This document shows, one piece after another, positions 20,478-31,183 of a DNA stretch of 64,000 nucleotides. Position 1 is the first letter of the stretch. Each line of letters starts with the position of its first letter. The stretch is from positions 42,070 through 106,069 of the forward strand of contig JBFXED010000006.1 in assembly GCA_050180485.1 (NCBI GenBank), written 5' to 3'. The DNA comes from Alphaproteobacteria bacterium. Lineage in GTDB: Bacteria > Pseudomonadota > Alphaproteobacteria > CADEGL01. The position numbers were made by a program, and so were the translations under genes. The notes beneath the pieces are model-generated. The model was given only the letters and a program-made list of their open reading frames with translations. It ran no database searches and was not told where the DNA came from.

Positions 20478-23400
20478 CGGACGTCAAGATCCGGAGGCGG
20501 CGTGACCGGCGCATCGCTGACCCCGCCCGGACCATCGAAAATCGCGAAGATGTAGCGCAGAAAACCGGGTGCCAAGACCGACAGCGGGTTGACCCCCACG
20601 CCCGGATCGTTGAGAGGTCCGCGCACCGTATAGGTGGCGGCGAACAGCCCGCCGCCGGGACCGCCGAACAACTGGCCCAGAATGGGTATGTTCGCCAACA
20701 GGCTGTTGATCGTATAGGCGGGCACGATCAGCCCCTTGAGGTCCAGCGTCTCCAGAAGTAGGTCGACCTTGCCCTCGACCGTCAGGCCCAGGTCGGCGCT
20801 GCGCGCCCGCCCGTCTCGCAACTCGATCAATTCATCCTGCATGCTGTAGTCGGCGCGAAGCTTATCGAACTGCAGCCCCTTGCCGGTCATCGACTGCAGG
20901 ATGCCGGTGAGCGACGCGGCCGAGAGGATACGCGCCAGGACGGGGGCATTCTGGACCTGGAAATTCTCCACCAGAATCTCGCCCTTCAAGGGCGCCTCGA
21001 CCGACCCCTCGGCGCCCGTCACCTGAAGCGTGCCGCCGATCGCACTGTCCAGCACGCCCAGCATGCGCAGCGTTTCGCCGGCATCGTCCGAATAGACGGT
21101 CAGATCGCGATACGACTTCTTCTGTCCGTAATTGATGCCAAAATGCTTCAGGTTCGGCCCGACCTTGGCCTCGACCTCGACCGTGCGCCAGCCCTCTGGC
21201 TCGCGCAGCAGAGTCGCCGAGACCGTATCGAACCAGCGTTTTTCTCCAAGCCATATCCGGTCGGCAGTTATCTTGATGTTGAGCGGCACCGGCTTGGGGC
21301 GCTCGGCCTTGGGCTTTCGTTCCGTGGGCGGCGGTGTGTCGTCATCGGCACTGAACATGCCCGAGACGTCTATGGCGGCACCTTTCGCGCGGACGACATA
21401 GCCGCCGTCCTTAACCTCGGCGAAGCCTTGAAGGTCGTTGCGCCCCGCGACCAAGCGCTCGAAATCGACGCGCTGGAACTTGCCGCCCGCCATCCGCAGT
21501 TGACCGCGTGCGGTTAGCCCGCTGCCTGAGGCATCGAACGCCACGTCGCTCAAGCGGTGGTCGGCCCCCATCAAACCGGCAACCACAACCTTGGTCGGCT
21601 GGCCGGGCGCCTTTTTCCATCCGAGATCGTCCAGATCGATCTTCATGGCGGTGAAGTCGATGGTCGCGTTCACGCGCGGGTTGCCCGCCCTCTGGAAGTG
21701 CACCGTCGCATCGATAGCCAACGGACCGCTGATGTCTGGTCCCAGATCAAGCCCGAATTCCTTCCGCGCCTTATCGTCAAGCGCGCCGGCGAACTCGATA
21801 ATGCTGGTATCGCCCGACGTGGCCGTGAAGTTTTCGCGCCAATGGAACTTGACCGGCACGCCGCCCAACTGGCCAGCGCCCGCCGCATCCATCTCGGTTT
21901 CACTGACGCGAAGCCGCAAATCCGCGTTGCTGAGCGTCTTCTCCATGATGAGATTCTGCCAGTGGACGTCTTTCAACGTCGCATCGGCGGAGATCTTCAG
22001 CTTGTCGACCGGCAGGTCGTCGATCAGCGGCAGATTGATGACCAGCTTCGTGGACGATTCGCCGCTGACCTGCGCGGGATCGATGTTCATCTTCGATGCG
22101 TACTTCAGCGGCGGATTGTCGATCAGCTTCAGGGCATCGCCGACGGGTCCGATCACCTTGATGCGGATGTCGCCGTATTGAACTTTCTTATCGAAGCCCG
22201 ACAGCTTGATCACGCCTTCGGGGACGGTCAGCGCCAGCCCATCGACCGCTCCGCCTGTAGTCGTAATGTCCATGCCGCCGAGGTTGAACGTCGCGGTCGC
22301 CGCGATGCCGCGCACGATCGGCATCTCCGGCATATAGCGGACGCTCAGCCCATCGGCCTTGATCGTACCGTTGACCGAACCGACGGAGGTTCCCTTGCCG
22401 TCGGCCGGGTTGAGCTGCCCGGACGCGGCCAATTGGACCTCTTGGCCAACGCCTTCGGTCATGTTGGCCAACATCCATTTGCGGCCGCCTTCGGCCACGC
22501 GCGGCGGCCAATAATGCTTCAGCTTACCGAAGGCTACGTCGCGTATGCTCGCCTTGAGGTCGAAGGCGCCGACGCCCAAGGGGTCGTTCACGATGGCGGA
22601 CGCCGACACGGTCGGCCCGTCCAATTGGACGTTCAGGTCGGCAATGGTGAGCCGTGTGAGGCCGTCGGATGCGCTGCCGCGCGCGCCCAGGCTCTTAATC
22701 GCGATGCCGCCGCCTTCCATGCCGGCCATGGCGATCTTGCCTTGGCCGCCGTTAATCTCGAATGCGGCATCGTGGACGGTCCATTCGCGGTCGAGGCTGA
22801 AATTGACATGACCACGCAGCGGCACGGCGACGTCGCGCAGAGCGGCCAGCTCCGGCACGGCCGTGCCCAGCGCGACGAAATCGACATCGTTGAACTTGAG
22901 GACGACTGGCAGCATGCCAGCGGCCTGATCCTCGGTACCCTCGAGGGTGAATCGGGCCGTTTTGCCTTCGGCCACCAGGGCCAAGATGAGACTGAAATCG
23001 AGGCCCGACGAACGCGTCCGGGTGACGGCCGCCTCCGTAATCTCGGCATTCCACGACTTGTTGCTACCGGCGTCCTGAACGGTGACGATCGCTTCGCTGA
23101 TCTGGATGCGGCGCAGATAACCGAAGCGCTTGTCGGGATCAGGCGGCCCTAGAATACCGGACATGAGATTGGGCAGTTGACCGCCGGCCGCGCCTTGTCC
23201 TTCGCCGATGCCGAAGATCAGGTTGCCGTCGGCGTCGCGCTGGACCGCGACCTTGGCGCCCTGCAGGTCGAGGGCGGTGGGCTCGATGCGGCCCGACGCA
23301 AGGGCGCGCAAGCTGAAGCGCACGGCAAGTTCGGGCGCCGAGGCCAGAACGGCACCATCCGCACCGCGCACATGCACGTCGCGCACCTCGACCTCGACCG

Positions 23401-23611
23401 CGCGCCGCCAGCCTTGCCAAGCCAGAACCGTGTTGTGGAATTCGATGCGGACCGAATCGCTGGACAGCGCCTGGGTGACGTAAGGCGTCAGGAAATCGAG
23501 CGGGATGGGCCCGGAGGTGAGCCGCCAGGCGGCAAAGCCTGCCGTCAGCAGAAAGACGCCGACCATCGCGGCGATGATTTCGATAACGATGCGCGTGGTG
23601 CGGCGGATCAC
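20474..23611 (-). CDS. AsmA-family (YhdP/TamB-like) large envelope protein
   Basis: About 1045 aa from GTG 23611 ([31 protein letters not shown]). N-terminal signal-anchor followed by a long beta-rich region. The track ORF extends to 24082 but would run past the divergent glnE start. Confidence 0.7.
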   Translation of the reverse strand: MIRRTTRIVIEIIAAMVGVFLLTAGFAAWRLTSGPIPLDFLTPYVTQALSSDSVRIEFHNTVLAWQGWRRAVEVEVRDVHVRGADGAVLASAPELAVRFSLRALASGRIEPTALDLQGAKVAVQRDADGNLIFGIGEGQGAAGGQLPNLMSGILGPPDPDKRFGYLRRIQISEAIVTVQDAGSNKSWNAEITEAAVTRTRSSGLDFSLILALVAEGKTARFTLEGTEDQAAGMLPVVLKFNDVDFVALGTAVPELAALRDVAVPLRGHVNFSLDREWTVHDAAFEINGGQGKIAMAGMEGGGIAIKSLGARGSASDGLTRLTIADLNVQLDGPTVSASAIVNDPLGVGAFDLKASIRDVAFGKLKHYWPPRVAEGGRKWMLANMTEGVGQEVQLAASGQLNPADGKGTSVGSVNGTIKADGLSVRYMPEMPIVRGIAATATFNLGGMDITTTGGAVDGLALTVPEGVIKLSGFDKKVQYGDIRIKVIGPVGDALKLIDNPPLKYASKMNIDPAQVSGESSTKLVINLPLIDDLPVDKLKISADATLKDVHWQNLIMEKTLSNADLRLRVSETEMDAAGAGQLGGVPVKFHWRENFTATSGDTSIIEFAGALDDKARKEFGLDLGPDISGPLAIDATVHFQRAGNPRVNATIDFTAMKIDLDDLGWKKAPGQPTKVVVAGLMGADHRLSDVAFDASGSGLTARGQLRMAGGKFQRVDFERLVAGRNDLQGFAEVKDGGYVVRAKGAAIDVSGMFSADDDTPPPTERKPKAERPKPVPLNIKITADRIWLGEKRWFDTVSATLLREPEGWRTVEVEAKVGPNLKHFGINYGQKKSYRDLTVYSDDAGETLRMLGVLDSAIGGTLQVTGAEGSVEAPLKGEILVENFQVQNAPVLARILSAASLTGILQSMTGKGLQFDKLRADYSMQDELIELRDGRARSADLGLTVEGKVDLLLETLDLKGLIVPAYTINSLLANIPILGQLFGGPGGGLFAATYTVRGPLNDPGVGVNPLSVLAPGFLRYIFAIFDGPGGVSDAPVTPPPDLDVR

Positions 23612-23731
23612 GCTCCGCGCCCGGTCCGTGACGCGCGGCTGTCGTCCCGCGCGCCCAGGACCGGCGGCAGGGCGGCCCCTTGATCCCCCAGGGGCCTTCG
23701 ACCAATGTGCAAGAAACCGTCTCGAGCGAGC

Positions 23732-26674
23732 ATGTTCGATCGACTTATAGCCGACCCCGCACGCCTTCCGAAAGCCGGAGATGCGGAGCGCGCCGCGGTC
23801 GGGTTGGAGCGGTGGCGCGAGGTGGGCGCGGGTGATCCCGAGACGCGCCGCTTCGCCGAGGCGGTCGCCAACGACACGACCGGGCGCGCGTGGCTGGACG
23901 GCATCTTCGGCAACAGCCCGTATCTCAGCCAAAGCCTGCTGCGTGAAATCGCTTTCGTGCGCGGACTTTTGAGCGATGGACCCGACCGCGCGGCCACGAA
24001 TCTTCTGGCCGGTTTGCAGGCTGGTCCCGCCGCCGGTTCGGACGCCGACGCTATGCAGGTCTTGCGGACCGCGAAGCGGCAACTCGCGCTCCTGGTCGCG
24101 CTGGCCGACATCGGTGGGGTATGGGGTCTCGAAAAGGTCACAGGCGCCCTATCGGCCTTCGCCGAAGCGGCCTTGCAGTTCACCTGCCGCCGCCTTCTGG
24201 CATCCGTTCCGGACGGCGATCCGGTCCGCCGCTCGAAGCTTATCGTCCTGGGCATGGGCAAATTGGGAGCGCGCGAACTCAACTACTCAAGCGACATCGA
24301 TCTGATTGTCCTTTACGACGGCGACGCGGTTCCGCCCGATGAGCGGCCGGGCCTGCAACGCCAGTTCGTCCGCCTGACGCACAACCTTGTCCGTTACATG
24401 GCCGAGCGAACGGCCGACGGCTACGTCTTCCGCACCGACCTGCGCCTACGGCCCGATCCCGGCTCCACCCCGCCCGCGCTCACGATCGCGGCGGCGGAGA
24501 TGTACTACGAAAGCCTGGGCCAGAACTGGGAACGCGCGGCCTTCATCAAAGCGCGCGCCGTCGCGGGCGACCTGGATACGGGCGCTCGCTTCTTGTCCCA
24601 ACTGAAGCCGTTCATCTGGCGCCGCCATCTGGACTTCGCCGCCATCCAGGACATTCACTCCATCAAACGGCAAATCAACGCCCATCACGGCGGGGGCGAC
24701 ATCGCGGTGGCGGGGCACGACGTCAAGCTGGGGCGCGGAGGCATCCGTGAAATCGAGCTGTTCGCCCAAACCCAGCAACTGATCTGGGGCGGGCGCGAGC
24801 CGCGCCTGCGCACGGCCGGCACCTGCGACACGCTGCGCGCCCTGGCCGAACTGGGCCGCGTCGAAGCCTCGGAGACCGAGCGGCTGATCGACGCCTATCG
24901 GTTTTTGCGCGAGACCGAACACCGGCTCCAGATGGTGGCCGACGAGCAGACCCAGACCCTGCCGGGGGACACCAAAGGGCTGGAACGCTTCGCGCGCTTC
25001 ATGGGCTTCGACGACGCCGATTCGTTTTCCGCCGCCTTGTTGGGAAAACTAAGTGCGGTCGAGGCGATCTACGCCGAGCTGTTCGAGGAGGCACCCGCGC
25101 TCAGCGGGCCGGGCAATCTCGTTTTCACCGGCACCGACCACGATCCCGAAACGCTCAAGACAATCGCGGCCTACGGGTTCGAGGACGCGGCCACCGTGTC
25201 GTCCCTGATTCGCGGCTGGCACCACGGCCGCTACCGCGCCATGCGGAGCACGCGCGCGCGCGAGCTGCTGACGGAGCTGACGCCGGCCCTTCTGGATGCG
25301 CTGGCGAAGACATCGAATCCGACCGCGGCCTTCGTGAAGTTCGACGAGTTCCTGAGCCGCCTGCCCGCGGGCGTGCAGCTCTTTTCGCTGTTCTATTCCA
25401 ACCCCGACCTGTTGGGCCTGGTCGCCGAGATCATGGGCGAGGCGCCGCGCCTGGCCGACCATTTGAGCCGCCGGCCCTCGAGCCTGGAGGCGGTCCTGCA
25501 GAAGGACTTCTTCAACGCCCCGCCGCCGGCGCCCATGCTAGGCAGCGACCTGACGCGCGTGCTGATTCAGGCGCGCGATTATCAGGACCAGCTCGACCTG
25601 ATCCGACGCTGGACCAATGATCGGAAGTTCCAGGTCGGCGTCCAGATGCTGCGCAACAAGATCGATGCGGCGCGCGCGGGCGAGGCGCTGGCCGACATCG
25701 CCGACACGGCGCTGTCGGCGCTTCTGCCCGCCGTCGAGAACGATTTCGCCCGCCGTCACGGACGGATCGCGGGCAACGGGATGGCCGTCGTCGCGCTCGG
25801 CAAGACGGGTGGACGCGAGATGACCATGAAGTCCGACCTGGACCTTCTGTTCATCTATGACGCCTCCGACGAGGCCATGTCGGATGGGGCGCGGCCGATC
25901 GCGCCGAGCCATTACTACACACGGCTGAGTCTGGCCTTTCTCAACGCCGTTACCGCGCTCACCGAGGAAGGCTCTTTGTACGAAGTCGACATGCGCCTGC
26001 GCCCCTCGGGGCAATCGGGGCCCATCGCCTCTAGCCTGGCCAGTTTCGAGAAGTACCATCGCGAAGCATCCTGGACGTGGGAGCATATGGCGTTAACCCG
26101 CGCGCGCGTGATTTGCGGGCCGGGGGAGCTTCCGGCCCGGATCGACCGCGCGATCCGAGACATACTCGCCCGCCCTCAGGATTCGGCGAAGCTGGCCGCC
26201 GACGTGGCCGACATGCGCGCACGCATCGCGCGCGAGCGGCGCGACCAGGGCGAATGGGACATCAAGTATCTGCGCGGCGGCTTGGTCGACATCGAGTTCA
26301 TCGTCCAATATCTGCTTCTGCGCCATGCAGCCGACCATCCGGACATACTGGCCGCGAACACGAGCCGCGCCCTCGACAACCTCAAGGCGGCCGGAGTGCT
26401 GCACGGCGAAGCCGCCGAGGCTTTGTCCGACGCGCTGACTCTGTGGCGCCAGCTGCACAGCCTGCTGCGCTTGACCGTCGAGGGGCGGCTGGACGAGCGT
26501 AGAGCGCCGCCGGGGCTGAAAAACCTGCTCGCAGCTGCGGCTGGGGCGCGCGATTTTAACGACCTAAAGGCGCATATGCGGCGGGCGGCGGAACGGGCCC
26601 GAACCTGCTTCCGCGAGATCATCGAAGAACCCGCCGCGCGCGCAGCCGCGGGCGGCAACAAGGGAGGGGAATGA
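23732..26674 (+). CDS. glnE: bifunctional glutamine-synthetase adenylyltransferase/adenylyl-removing enzyme GlnE
   Basis: About 980 aa. Two nucleotidyltransferase domains (GKLGARELNYSSDIDL... and GKTGGREMTMKSDLDL...). Confidence 0.9.
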   Translation: MFDRLIADPARLPKAGDAERAAVGLERWREVGAGDPETRRFAEAVANDTTGRAWLDGIFGNSPYLSQSLLREIAFVRGLLSDGPDRAATNLLAGLQAGPAAGSDADAMQVLRTAKRQLALLVALADIGGVWGLEKVTGALSAFAEAALQFTCRRLLASVPDGDPVRRSKLIVLGMGKLGARELNYSSDIDLIVLYDGDAVPPDERPGLQRQFVRLTHNLVRYMAERTADGYVFRTDLRLRPDPGSTPPALTIAAAEMYYESLGQNWERAAFIKARAVAGDLDTGARFLSQLKPFIWRRHLDFAAIQDIHSIKRQINAHHGGGDIAVAGHDVKLGRGGIREIELFAQTQQLIWGGREPRLRTAGTCDTLRALAELGRVEASETERLIDAYRFLRETEHRLQMVADEQTQTLPGDTKGLERFARFMGFDDADSFSAALLGKLSAVEAIYAELFEEAPALSGPGNLVFTGTDHDPETLKTIAAYGFEDAATVSSLIRGWHHGRYRAMRSTRARELLTELTPALLDALAKTSNPTAAFVKFDEFLSRLPAGVQLFSLFYSNPDLLGLVAEIMGEAPRLADHLSRRPSSLEAVLQKDFFNAPPPAPMLGSDLTRVLIQARDYQDQLDLIRRWTNDRKFQVGVQMLRNKIDAARAGEALADIADTALSALLPAVENDFARRHGRIAGNGMAVVALGKTGGREMTMKSDLDLLFIYDASDEAMSDGARPIAPSHYYTRLSLAFLNAVTALTEEGSLYEVDMRLRPSGQSGPIASSLASFEKYHREASWTWEHMALTRARVICGPGELPARIDRAIRDILARPQDSAKLAADVADMRARIARERRDQGEWDIKYLRGGLVDIEFIVQYLLLRHAADHPDILAANTSRALDNLKAAGVLHGEAAEALSDALTLWRQLHSLLRLTVEGRLDERRAPPGLKNLLAAAAGARDFNDLKAHMRRAAERARTCFREIIEEPAARAAAGGNKGGE

Positions 26675-27141
26675 CCATGGCACTGAAAGTGGGCGACAAG
26701 GCGCCGGCCTTCACGATGGCGAGCGACGCCGGCGGCACGGTCAAACTGTCGGATTTCAAGGGCAAGACGCTCGTCCTCTATTTCTATCCCAAGGACGACA
26801 CGCCGGGCTGCACCAAGGAGGCCTGCGGCTTCCGCGACTCCTATGCCTCGCTCAAGAAGCAGGGCGCGACCGTCTTGGGCGTGTCCAAGGACAGCGCCGC
26901 CAGCCACGACAAGTTCAAGGCCAAGTACAAGCTGCCCTTCGCGCTGGGCTCCGACACCGAGATCGAGACCGCCAAGGCCTATGGCGTGTGGGTGAAGAAA
27001 AAGAACTACGGCCGCGAATACATGGGGATGGAGCGGTCCACCTTCCTGATCGACGGCAAGGGCGTCATCCGGGGCATCTGGCGCGGCGTGAAGGTCAACG
27101 GCCATGTCGAGGCCGTGATCGAGGCGATCAAGGCGCTCTGA
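26671..27141 (+). CDS. bcp: thioredoxin-dependent peroxiredoxin Bcp
   Basis: YFYPKDDTPGCTKEAC peroxidatic-Cys motif. ATGA overlap with glnE. Confidence 0.85.
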   Translation: MTMALKVGDKAPAFTMASDAGGTVKLSDFKGKTLVLYFYPKDDTPGCTKEACGFRDSYASLKKQGATVLGVSKDSAASHDKFKAKYKLPFALGSDTEIETAKAYGVWVKKKNYGREYMGMERSTFLIDGKGVIRGIWRGVKVNGHVEAVIEAIKAL

Positions 27142-27160
27142 CCGAGAAAGCCACCGCCGG

Positions 27161-28666
27161 TCAGGAAGCCTGCCGCATATTGTTGACGATGAGCCGGCCG
27201 CCGAACCGGGCATAGTTGTACAGCACGGTGGGGTGTTTGACGGCGTCCCGTAGCTTGCGCAGCAGGTAACCCGGGCGCAGGTGATAGCCCAGCAACAACT
27301 TGCGGCGGAATTCGACCAGCTCACCTGGCGTCAGGTGCAGGGTGCCCGTGGTCGCCGCGTGGAAATAATCCTTGCCGATCACGGTATCGGCCAGCACTCC
27401 GGCCTTCTTCGCGATGTGGTAGAGCTCGGTGCCGTAATACGGCACGGCGATATGCAGCTCGATGAAGTCGGCATCGATATCGTAGATATGCCGCGCGGTT
27501 GCCTCGAGATGGCTGTGGTCTTCCCAGGGCAGGCCCACCAGAAAAAACCCATAGAGCTTCAGCCCCGCCGCCTTCGCCAGTTTCGCCGCGCGGATATTGT
27601 CGCTGACGGTCGCGCCCTTGCGGACTCCCTTGAGAGTCTCGGGGCTGCCCGACTCGAAGCCGAATGCGACCAGCCAGCAGCCGGCGTCACGCATGATCTG
27701 CAGAGTGTCGTCGGCCAGGGGGCGGACGCGCGAGTTGGCCACCCATTCGATCTTGCTGGCCAGCTCCGAGCCGTTGATCGCCTCGCAGACGGCTTTGACC
27801 CAGTCGCGGTCGATCGTGAACGTGTCCGATTTAAAGAAGAAATCCTTGATGCCGTACTGGTGATAGCACTCGCGCAGTTCGGCCAGGATGTTCGCCGGAT
27901 CGCGGAAGCGCACGTTCTTGCCGGAGATCGTCGGCGTCAGGCAATACACGCAGGCCGCGGGGCAGCCGCGCGAAGTCGCGATCGTCGCCTGCGGCCGTCC
28001 GGTGTCCGGGCGGACATAGAGCGCGTTGTTGATGACGCTGCGGTCCGGAAACGGCAGCTCGTCGAGGTTGGGATCCCAGGCCGAGAATGCCGTCTTCCGC
28101 CACTTGCCGGTAGAATCCCGATAGAGGATGCCCGGGATGTCCGGAATGGCGGCGCGATTGGTATCGTGCGCGTGCACGAGGTCACCGATGGCGAATTCGA
28201 CCTCGCCGCCAATCAGATAGTCGACCTGCGACAGGTCGAGGTAGGACAGCACCTCGTCCGGCGCGTCGAAGAACAGCGAGCCCTTGAGGATGACCAGCAG
28301 ATTCGGGTTCAGCTGCTTCAGCCGCCCGACAATCTCGAGGTCGTCGAGGATGGTCGAATTGGTGATGCTGAGAAACGTCGCGGTCGAGCGGAACGCGCGA
28401 AAATCCCGCAGCAGGTCGTCGATACCCAGCCGTTCGGTCTGATAGTCGCGAAAGGTGACCGTGTAGCCGCGCGCCTTCAAGAGCGCCGAGGCGTAGCCCA
28501 TGTCGTTCGGCGCGCGCATGACGGTGGCCGCCGAATCGGTGACATTGCCCTGCGAGCGATCTTCGCCGCGCTGATATTGGCGCCCTGGCGGGTAGAACAG
28601 GAAAACCCGCCCCGCCACGGATTCGGCAGGCTTTGCGCACAAGTCGGTACTGGTTGCCAGCGACAC
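27161..28666 (-). CDS. B12-binding-domain-containing radical SAM protein
   Basis: 501 aa. N-terminal Rossmann-like cobalamin-binding region (VFLFYPP...). Radical-SAM CxxxCxxC box (SRGCPAACVYC), and a TIM-barrel glycine-rich segment (VAFGFESGS). Confidence 0.8.
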   Translation of the reverse strand: MSLATSTDLCAKPAESVAGRVFLFYPPGRQYQRGEDRSQGNVTDSAATVMRAPNDMGYASALLKARGYTVTFRDYQTERLGIDDLLRDFRAFRSTATFLSITNSTILDDLEIVGRLKQLNPNLLVILKGSLFFDAPDEVLSYLDLSQVDYLIGGEVEFAIGDLVHAHDTNRAAIPDIPGILYRDSTGKWRKTAFSAWDPNLDELPFPDRSVINNALYVRPDTGRPQATIATSRGCPAACVYCLTPTISGKNVRFRDPANILAELRECYHQYGIKDFFFKSDTFTIDRDWVKAVCEAINGSELASKIEWVANSRVRPLADDTLQIMRDAGCWLVAFGFESGSPETLKGVRKGATVSDNIRAAKLAKAAGLKLYGFFLVGLPWEDHSHLEATARHIYDIDADFIELHIAVPYYGTELYHIAKKAGVLADTVIGKDYFHAATTGTLHLTPGELVEFRRKLLLGYHLRPGYLLRKLRDAVKHPTVLYNYARFGGRLIVNNMRQAS

Positions 28667-28798
28667 GCGGTTTCCCGTCGGTTCAAGTCATAGCATTGGC
28701 GGAACGTTGCGGGGCAACAGCCGTGCCAAATCTAGGCCCGCAGCAAGGCCTATTTCCGCACCGAGCGGACGAGCGAATCCTGCCCGATGGCGAAACGC

Positions 28799-29083
28799 CT
28801 AACGTCCCGCCTTCTTGTCGGCCCGCTTCATGGCCGGAACGTCAAAGCACGGCATGGCGGAAATCGTGCCGTAGCCGGCCTTGTTGAACCACGTGGTCAG
28901 GGCCAACACGACCTCGGCATTGGGCGCGTCGATCGCCTCGATCAGTTCGTACTCGCCCTGGGTGTAGTAGATGGCCTCGACCTTGATGCCGAGCCGCTTG
29001 GTGGTCTCCTTCGACCGGCGCAGCCGCTCCTGATACTTCTTGGCGCCGTAGGCCGAGATTTTCGCCAGCAACATATAGCGCAT
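28799..29083 (-). CDS. GYD-domain protein, tandem paralog 1 (94 aa)
   Basis: MRYMLLAKISAYGAKKYQE...YYTQGEYELIEAIDAPNAE...AMPCFDVPAMKRADKKAGR. RBS GAGAGGAGAG. Matches the GYD (Dabb-like) small-protein family. Confidence 0.7.
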   Translation of the reverse strand: MRYMLLAKISAYGAKKYQERLRRSKETTKRLGIKVEAIYYTQGEYELIEAIDAPNAEVVLALTTWFNKAGYGTISAMPCFDVPAMKRADKKAGR

Positions 29084-29097
29084 GGTCGTCTCTCCTC

Positions 29098-29382
29098 TCA
29101 GCGGCCGGCTTTGACGTCGGCCCGCTTCATCGCGGGCACATCGTGGCCGGGCATGGCCTCGAGCTTGCCGTAGCCAGTCTTGGCGAACCACGTCGTCAGA
29201 GCCAACACCGCCTCGGCGCTGGGCGCATCGACCACCTCGACGAAATCGTACGGCCCCTGGGTGTAATAGATCCACTCCACCTTGATGCCGAGCTTGTCCA
29301 CCATCTTCTTCGCCGCAGGACCGCGCTCTTTGTATTTCTGCGCGCCGTAGGAACTGATCGTGCCCAAGAGTGCGAATCGCAT
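29098..29382 (-). CDS. GYD-domain protein, tandem paralog 2 (94 aa)
   Basis: MRFALLGTISSYGAQKYKE...YYTQGPYDFVEVVDAPSAE...AMPGHDVPAMKRADVKAGR. RBS GGGAGA. Confidence 0.7.
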   Translation of the reverse strand: MRFALLGTISSYGAQKYKERGPAAKKMVDKLGIKVEWIYYTQGPYDFVEVVDAPSAEAVLALTTWFAKTGYGKLEAMPGHDVPAMKRADVKAGR

Positions 29383-29403
29383 ATTGATCTCCCTGCCCCG
29401 CGG

Positions 29404-29697
29404 TTATCGCTTGCCGGCCAAAGCGTCGGCGCGCTTCATCACCGCCGGATCGTGGGCGGGCATCGCGATCATCTTCCCGTAGCCTTGTTTGGCATACCAC
29501 GTCGTGTGGGCCAGCATGACCTCGGCGCTGGGCGCGTCGACAAGCTCGACCAAGTCGTACTGCCCCTGCGTGTAGACCATTTTGATCTTTTCGATGTCGA
29601 AGCCGAGCGACTTGACCTTCGCCAAGGCGCGCGGACCACGCTCCTTGAATTTCTTCGCTCCATATTCCGAAACCTTGACGAGTAAGATGAATTTCAT
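29404..29697 (-). CDS. GYD-domain protein, tandem paralog 3 (97 aa)
   Basis: MKFILLVKVSEYGAKKFKE...VYTQGQYDLVELVDAPSAE...AMPAHDPAVMKRADALAGKR. RBS GGGAGG. Confidence 0.7.
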   Translation of the reverse strand: MKFILLVKVSEYGAKKFKERGPRALAKVKSLGFDIEKIKMVYTQGQYDLVELVDAPSAEVMLAHTTWYAKQGYGKMIAMPAHDPAVMKRADALAGKR

Positions 29698-29762
29698 CGG
29701 CGCCCTCCCTGCGAGGCCATCATCGTTCCGGGGTTTCCAGCGAAAGTCAAAATCGCAGCCGG

Positions 29763-30602
29763 CTATTCCTTACGCGGCGTGCCGTCGAGGTTGAAGCGCT
29801 CGACCTTGGCCTTGCCGCGCAGCTTTTCCAACTGGTCGGCGATGACCTGCCGGGAAAGCTGGTTGTAAAGTTGCTCGCGCACGCTGTCGAACGGCGGCGG
29901 CTGGGCCGTGCGGCGATCCTCGACCTGGATGACGTGCCAGCCGAACTCGGTCTCGACCGGCGTCTTGGTGATCTCGCCCGGCTTGAGCGCGTCGGCGGCG
30001 GCCCAGAACGCCGGAACCACGTCACCCTTGGTGAAGTAACCCAGATCGCCGCCTTCGTCCTTGGAACCGTCGGCCGATTTTTCCTTCGCGATCGCGGCGA
30101 AGTCGCCGCCCGCCTGAAGCTGCTTGATGATGGCCTCGGCCTCTTCCTTCGTCTTCACCACGATGTGGCGCGCGCGAATCTCTTCCTGCTTGGGCATCGC
30201 GGCCACGATCTCGTCATAGCGCTTGCGCAACTCCTGGTCGGTCAGAACCTTGGTCACTTCGCGGTCGAAATAGGCCTCGCGCAGGATCTGGTCCTCGGCA
30301 TTCGCGATCCTGCGCTTTACCTGCGGATCGTTCTGCAGCTTCATGCGGCGCGCTTCCGAGGTGGCCAGGCGGCTGTCGATCATCTCGTCCAGCAGCAACG
30401 GGTAGATCTGCTCGAGCGGCAGGTTGCGGTATTGCGGCGGCAGCAGCTTCTGCGTCTCCAGAACTTCCGAACGCCGGATCGTCTCGCCGTTCACCTTGGC
30501 CACGACCGGATCGGCATCGGACTTGGGCGACTGGGCCGACACGGCGACGGGCGCCGACAGGATGAATGCGATCACCGCCAAGCGGAGCATCGACGCGGTC
30601 AT
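29763..30602 (-). CDS. periplasmic peptidyl-prolyl cis-trans isomerase (parvulin/PpiC-type, SurA-like)
   Basis: Signal peptide. Parvulin domain (RARHIVVKTKEEAEAI...GGDLGYFTKGDVVPAFWAAA...EFGWHVIQVED). Confidence 0.8.
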   Translation of the reverse strand: MTASMLRLAVIAFILSAPVAVSAQSPKSDADPVVAKVNGETIRRSEVLETQKLLPPQYRNLPLEQIYPLLLDEMIDSRLATSEARRMKLQNDPQVKRRIANAEDQILREAYFDREVTKVLTDQELRKRYDEIVAAMPKQEEIRARHIVVKTKEEAEAIIKQLQAGGDFAAIAKEKSADGSKDEGGDLGYFTKGDVVPAFWAAADALKPGEITKTPVETEFGWHVIQVEDRRTAQPPPFDSVREQLYNQLSRQVIADQLEKLRGKAKVERFNLDGTPRKE

Positions 30603-30852
30603 GGAAGGTCCTTTCTAGGGGAAACCGCCCAGACATGGGCGGCGACAGGGGTACGGCAGCTTCCGGGGCCAGACAAGAGAAACTTATCCCAAACCGGCAA
30701 GGCCTCCGGACGCACACTCTCTATTGTCAGAAAACCCCGGCGGACTTACGCTTTTTACACCATGACGGACGACAGGCCCGACAGAGAGGCCCGCGACGCT
30801 GTGGAAACAGGGATCGGGGTCTGCAACCCCCGAAAGACAAGGGAGACGGTAA

Positions 30853-31062
30853 ATGGCGACCGGAACGGTCAAATGGTACAATCCTGCCAAGCGTTATGGC
30901 TTCATCACTCCGGACGAAGGGCCCGATGACGTGTTCGTCCACGTCACCGCCGTTCAGGCCGCCGGCCTGGACACGCTGATGACCGGCCAGCGCATCGTTT
31001 ACGAACTCAAGGCCGGTCCCAACGGTCGACCGGGGGCGAACGAGATCAAACTCGTCGCCTGA
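30853..31062 (+). CDS. cspA: cold-shock protein (CspA family)
   Basis: 69 aa. RNP1/RNP2 motifs (GTVKWYNPAKRYGFI, VFVHV). Confidence 0.9.
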   Translation: MATGTVKWYNPAKRYGFITPDEGPDDVFVHVTAVQAAGLDTLMTGQRIVYELKAGPNGRPGANEIKLVA

Positions 31063-31086
31063 CGGTACGCGGCCTTTCACGATCAG

Positions 31087-31123
31087 CCCCTCCAGCCATG
31101 CGATTCGCGCATGGCTGGAGGGG
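31087..31123 (+). terminator. strong hairpin after cspA (16-bp perfect stem, 5-nt loop)
   Basis: CCCCTCCAGCCATGCG-ATTCG-CGCATGGCTGGAGGGG. Not followed by a U-tract, so intrinsic-terminator status is uncertain. Confidence 0.45.
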
Positions 31124-31183
31124 AAAGTAGTTGCCCTCGCATTAATAAGGGCGCTAACTTTTAGCTTGCTGATCATTTGAAAC

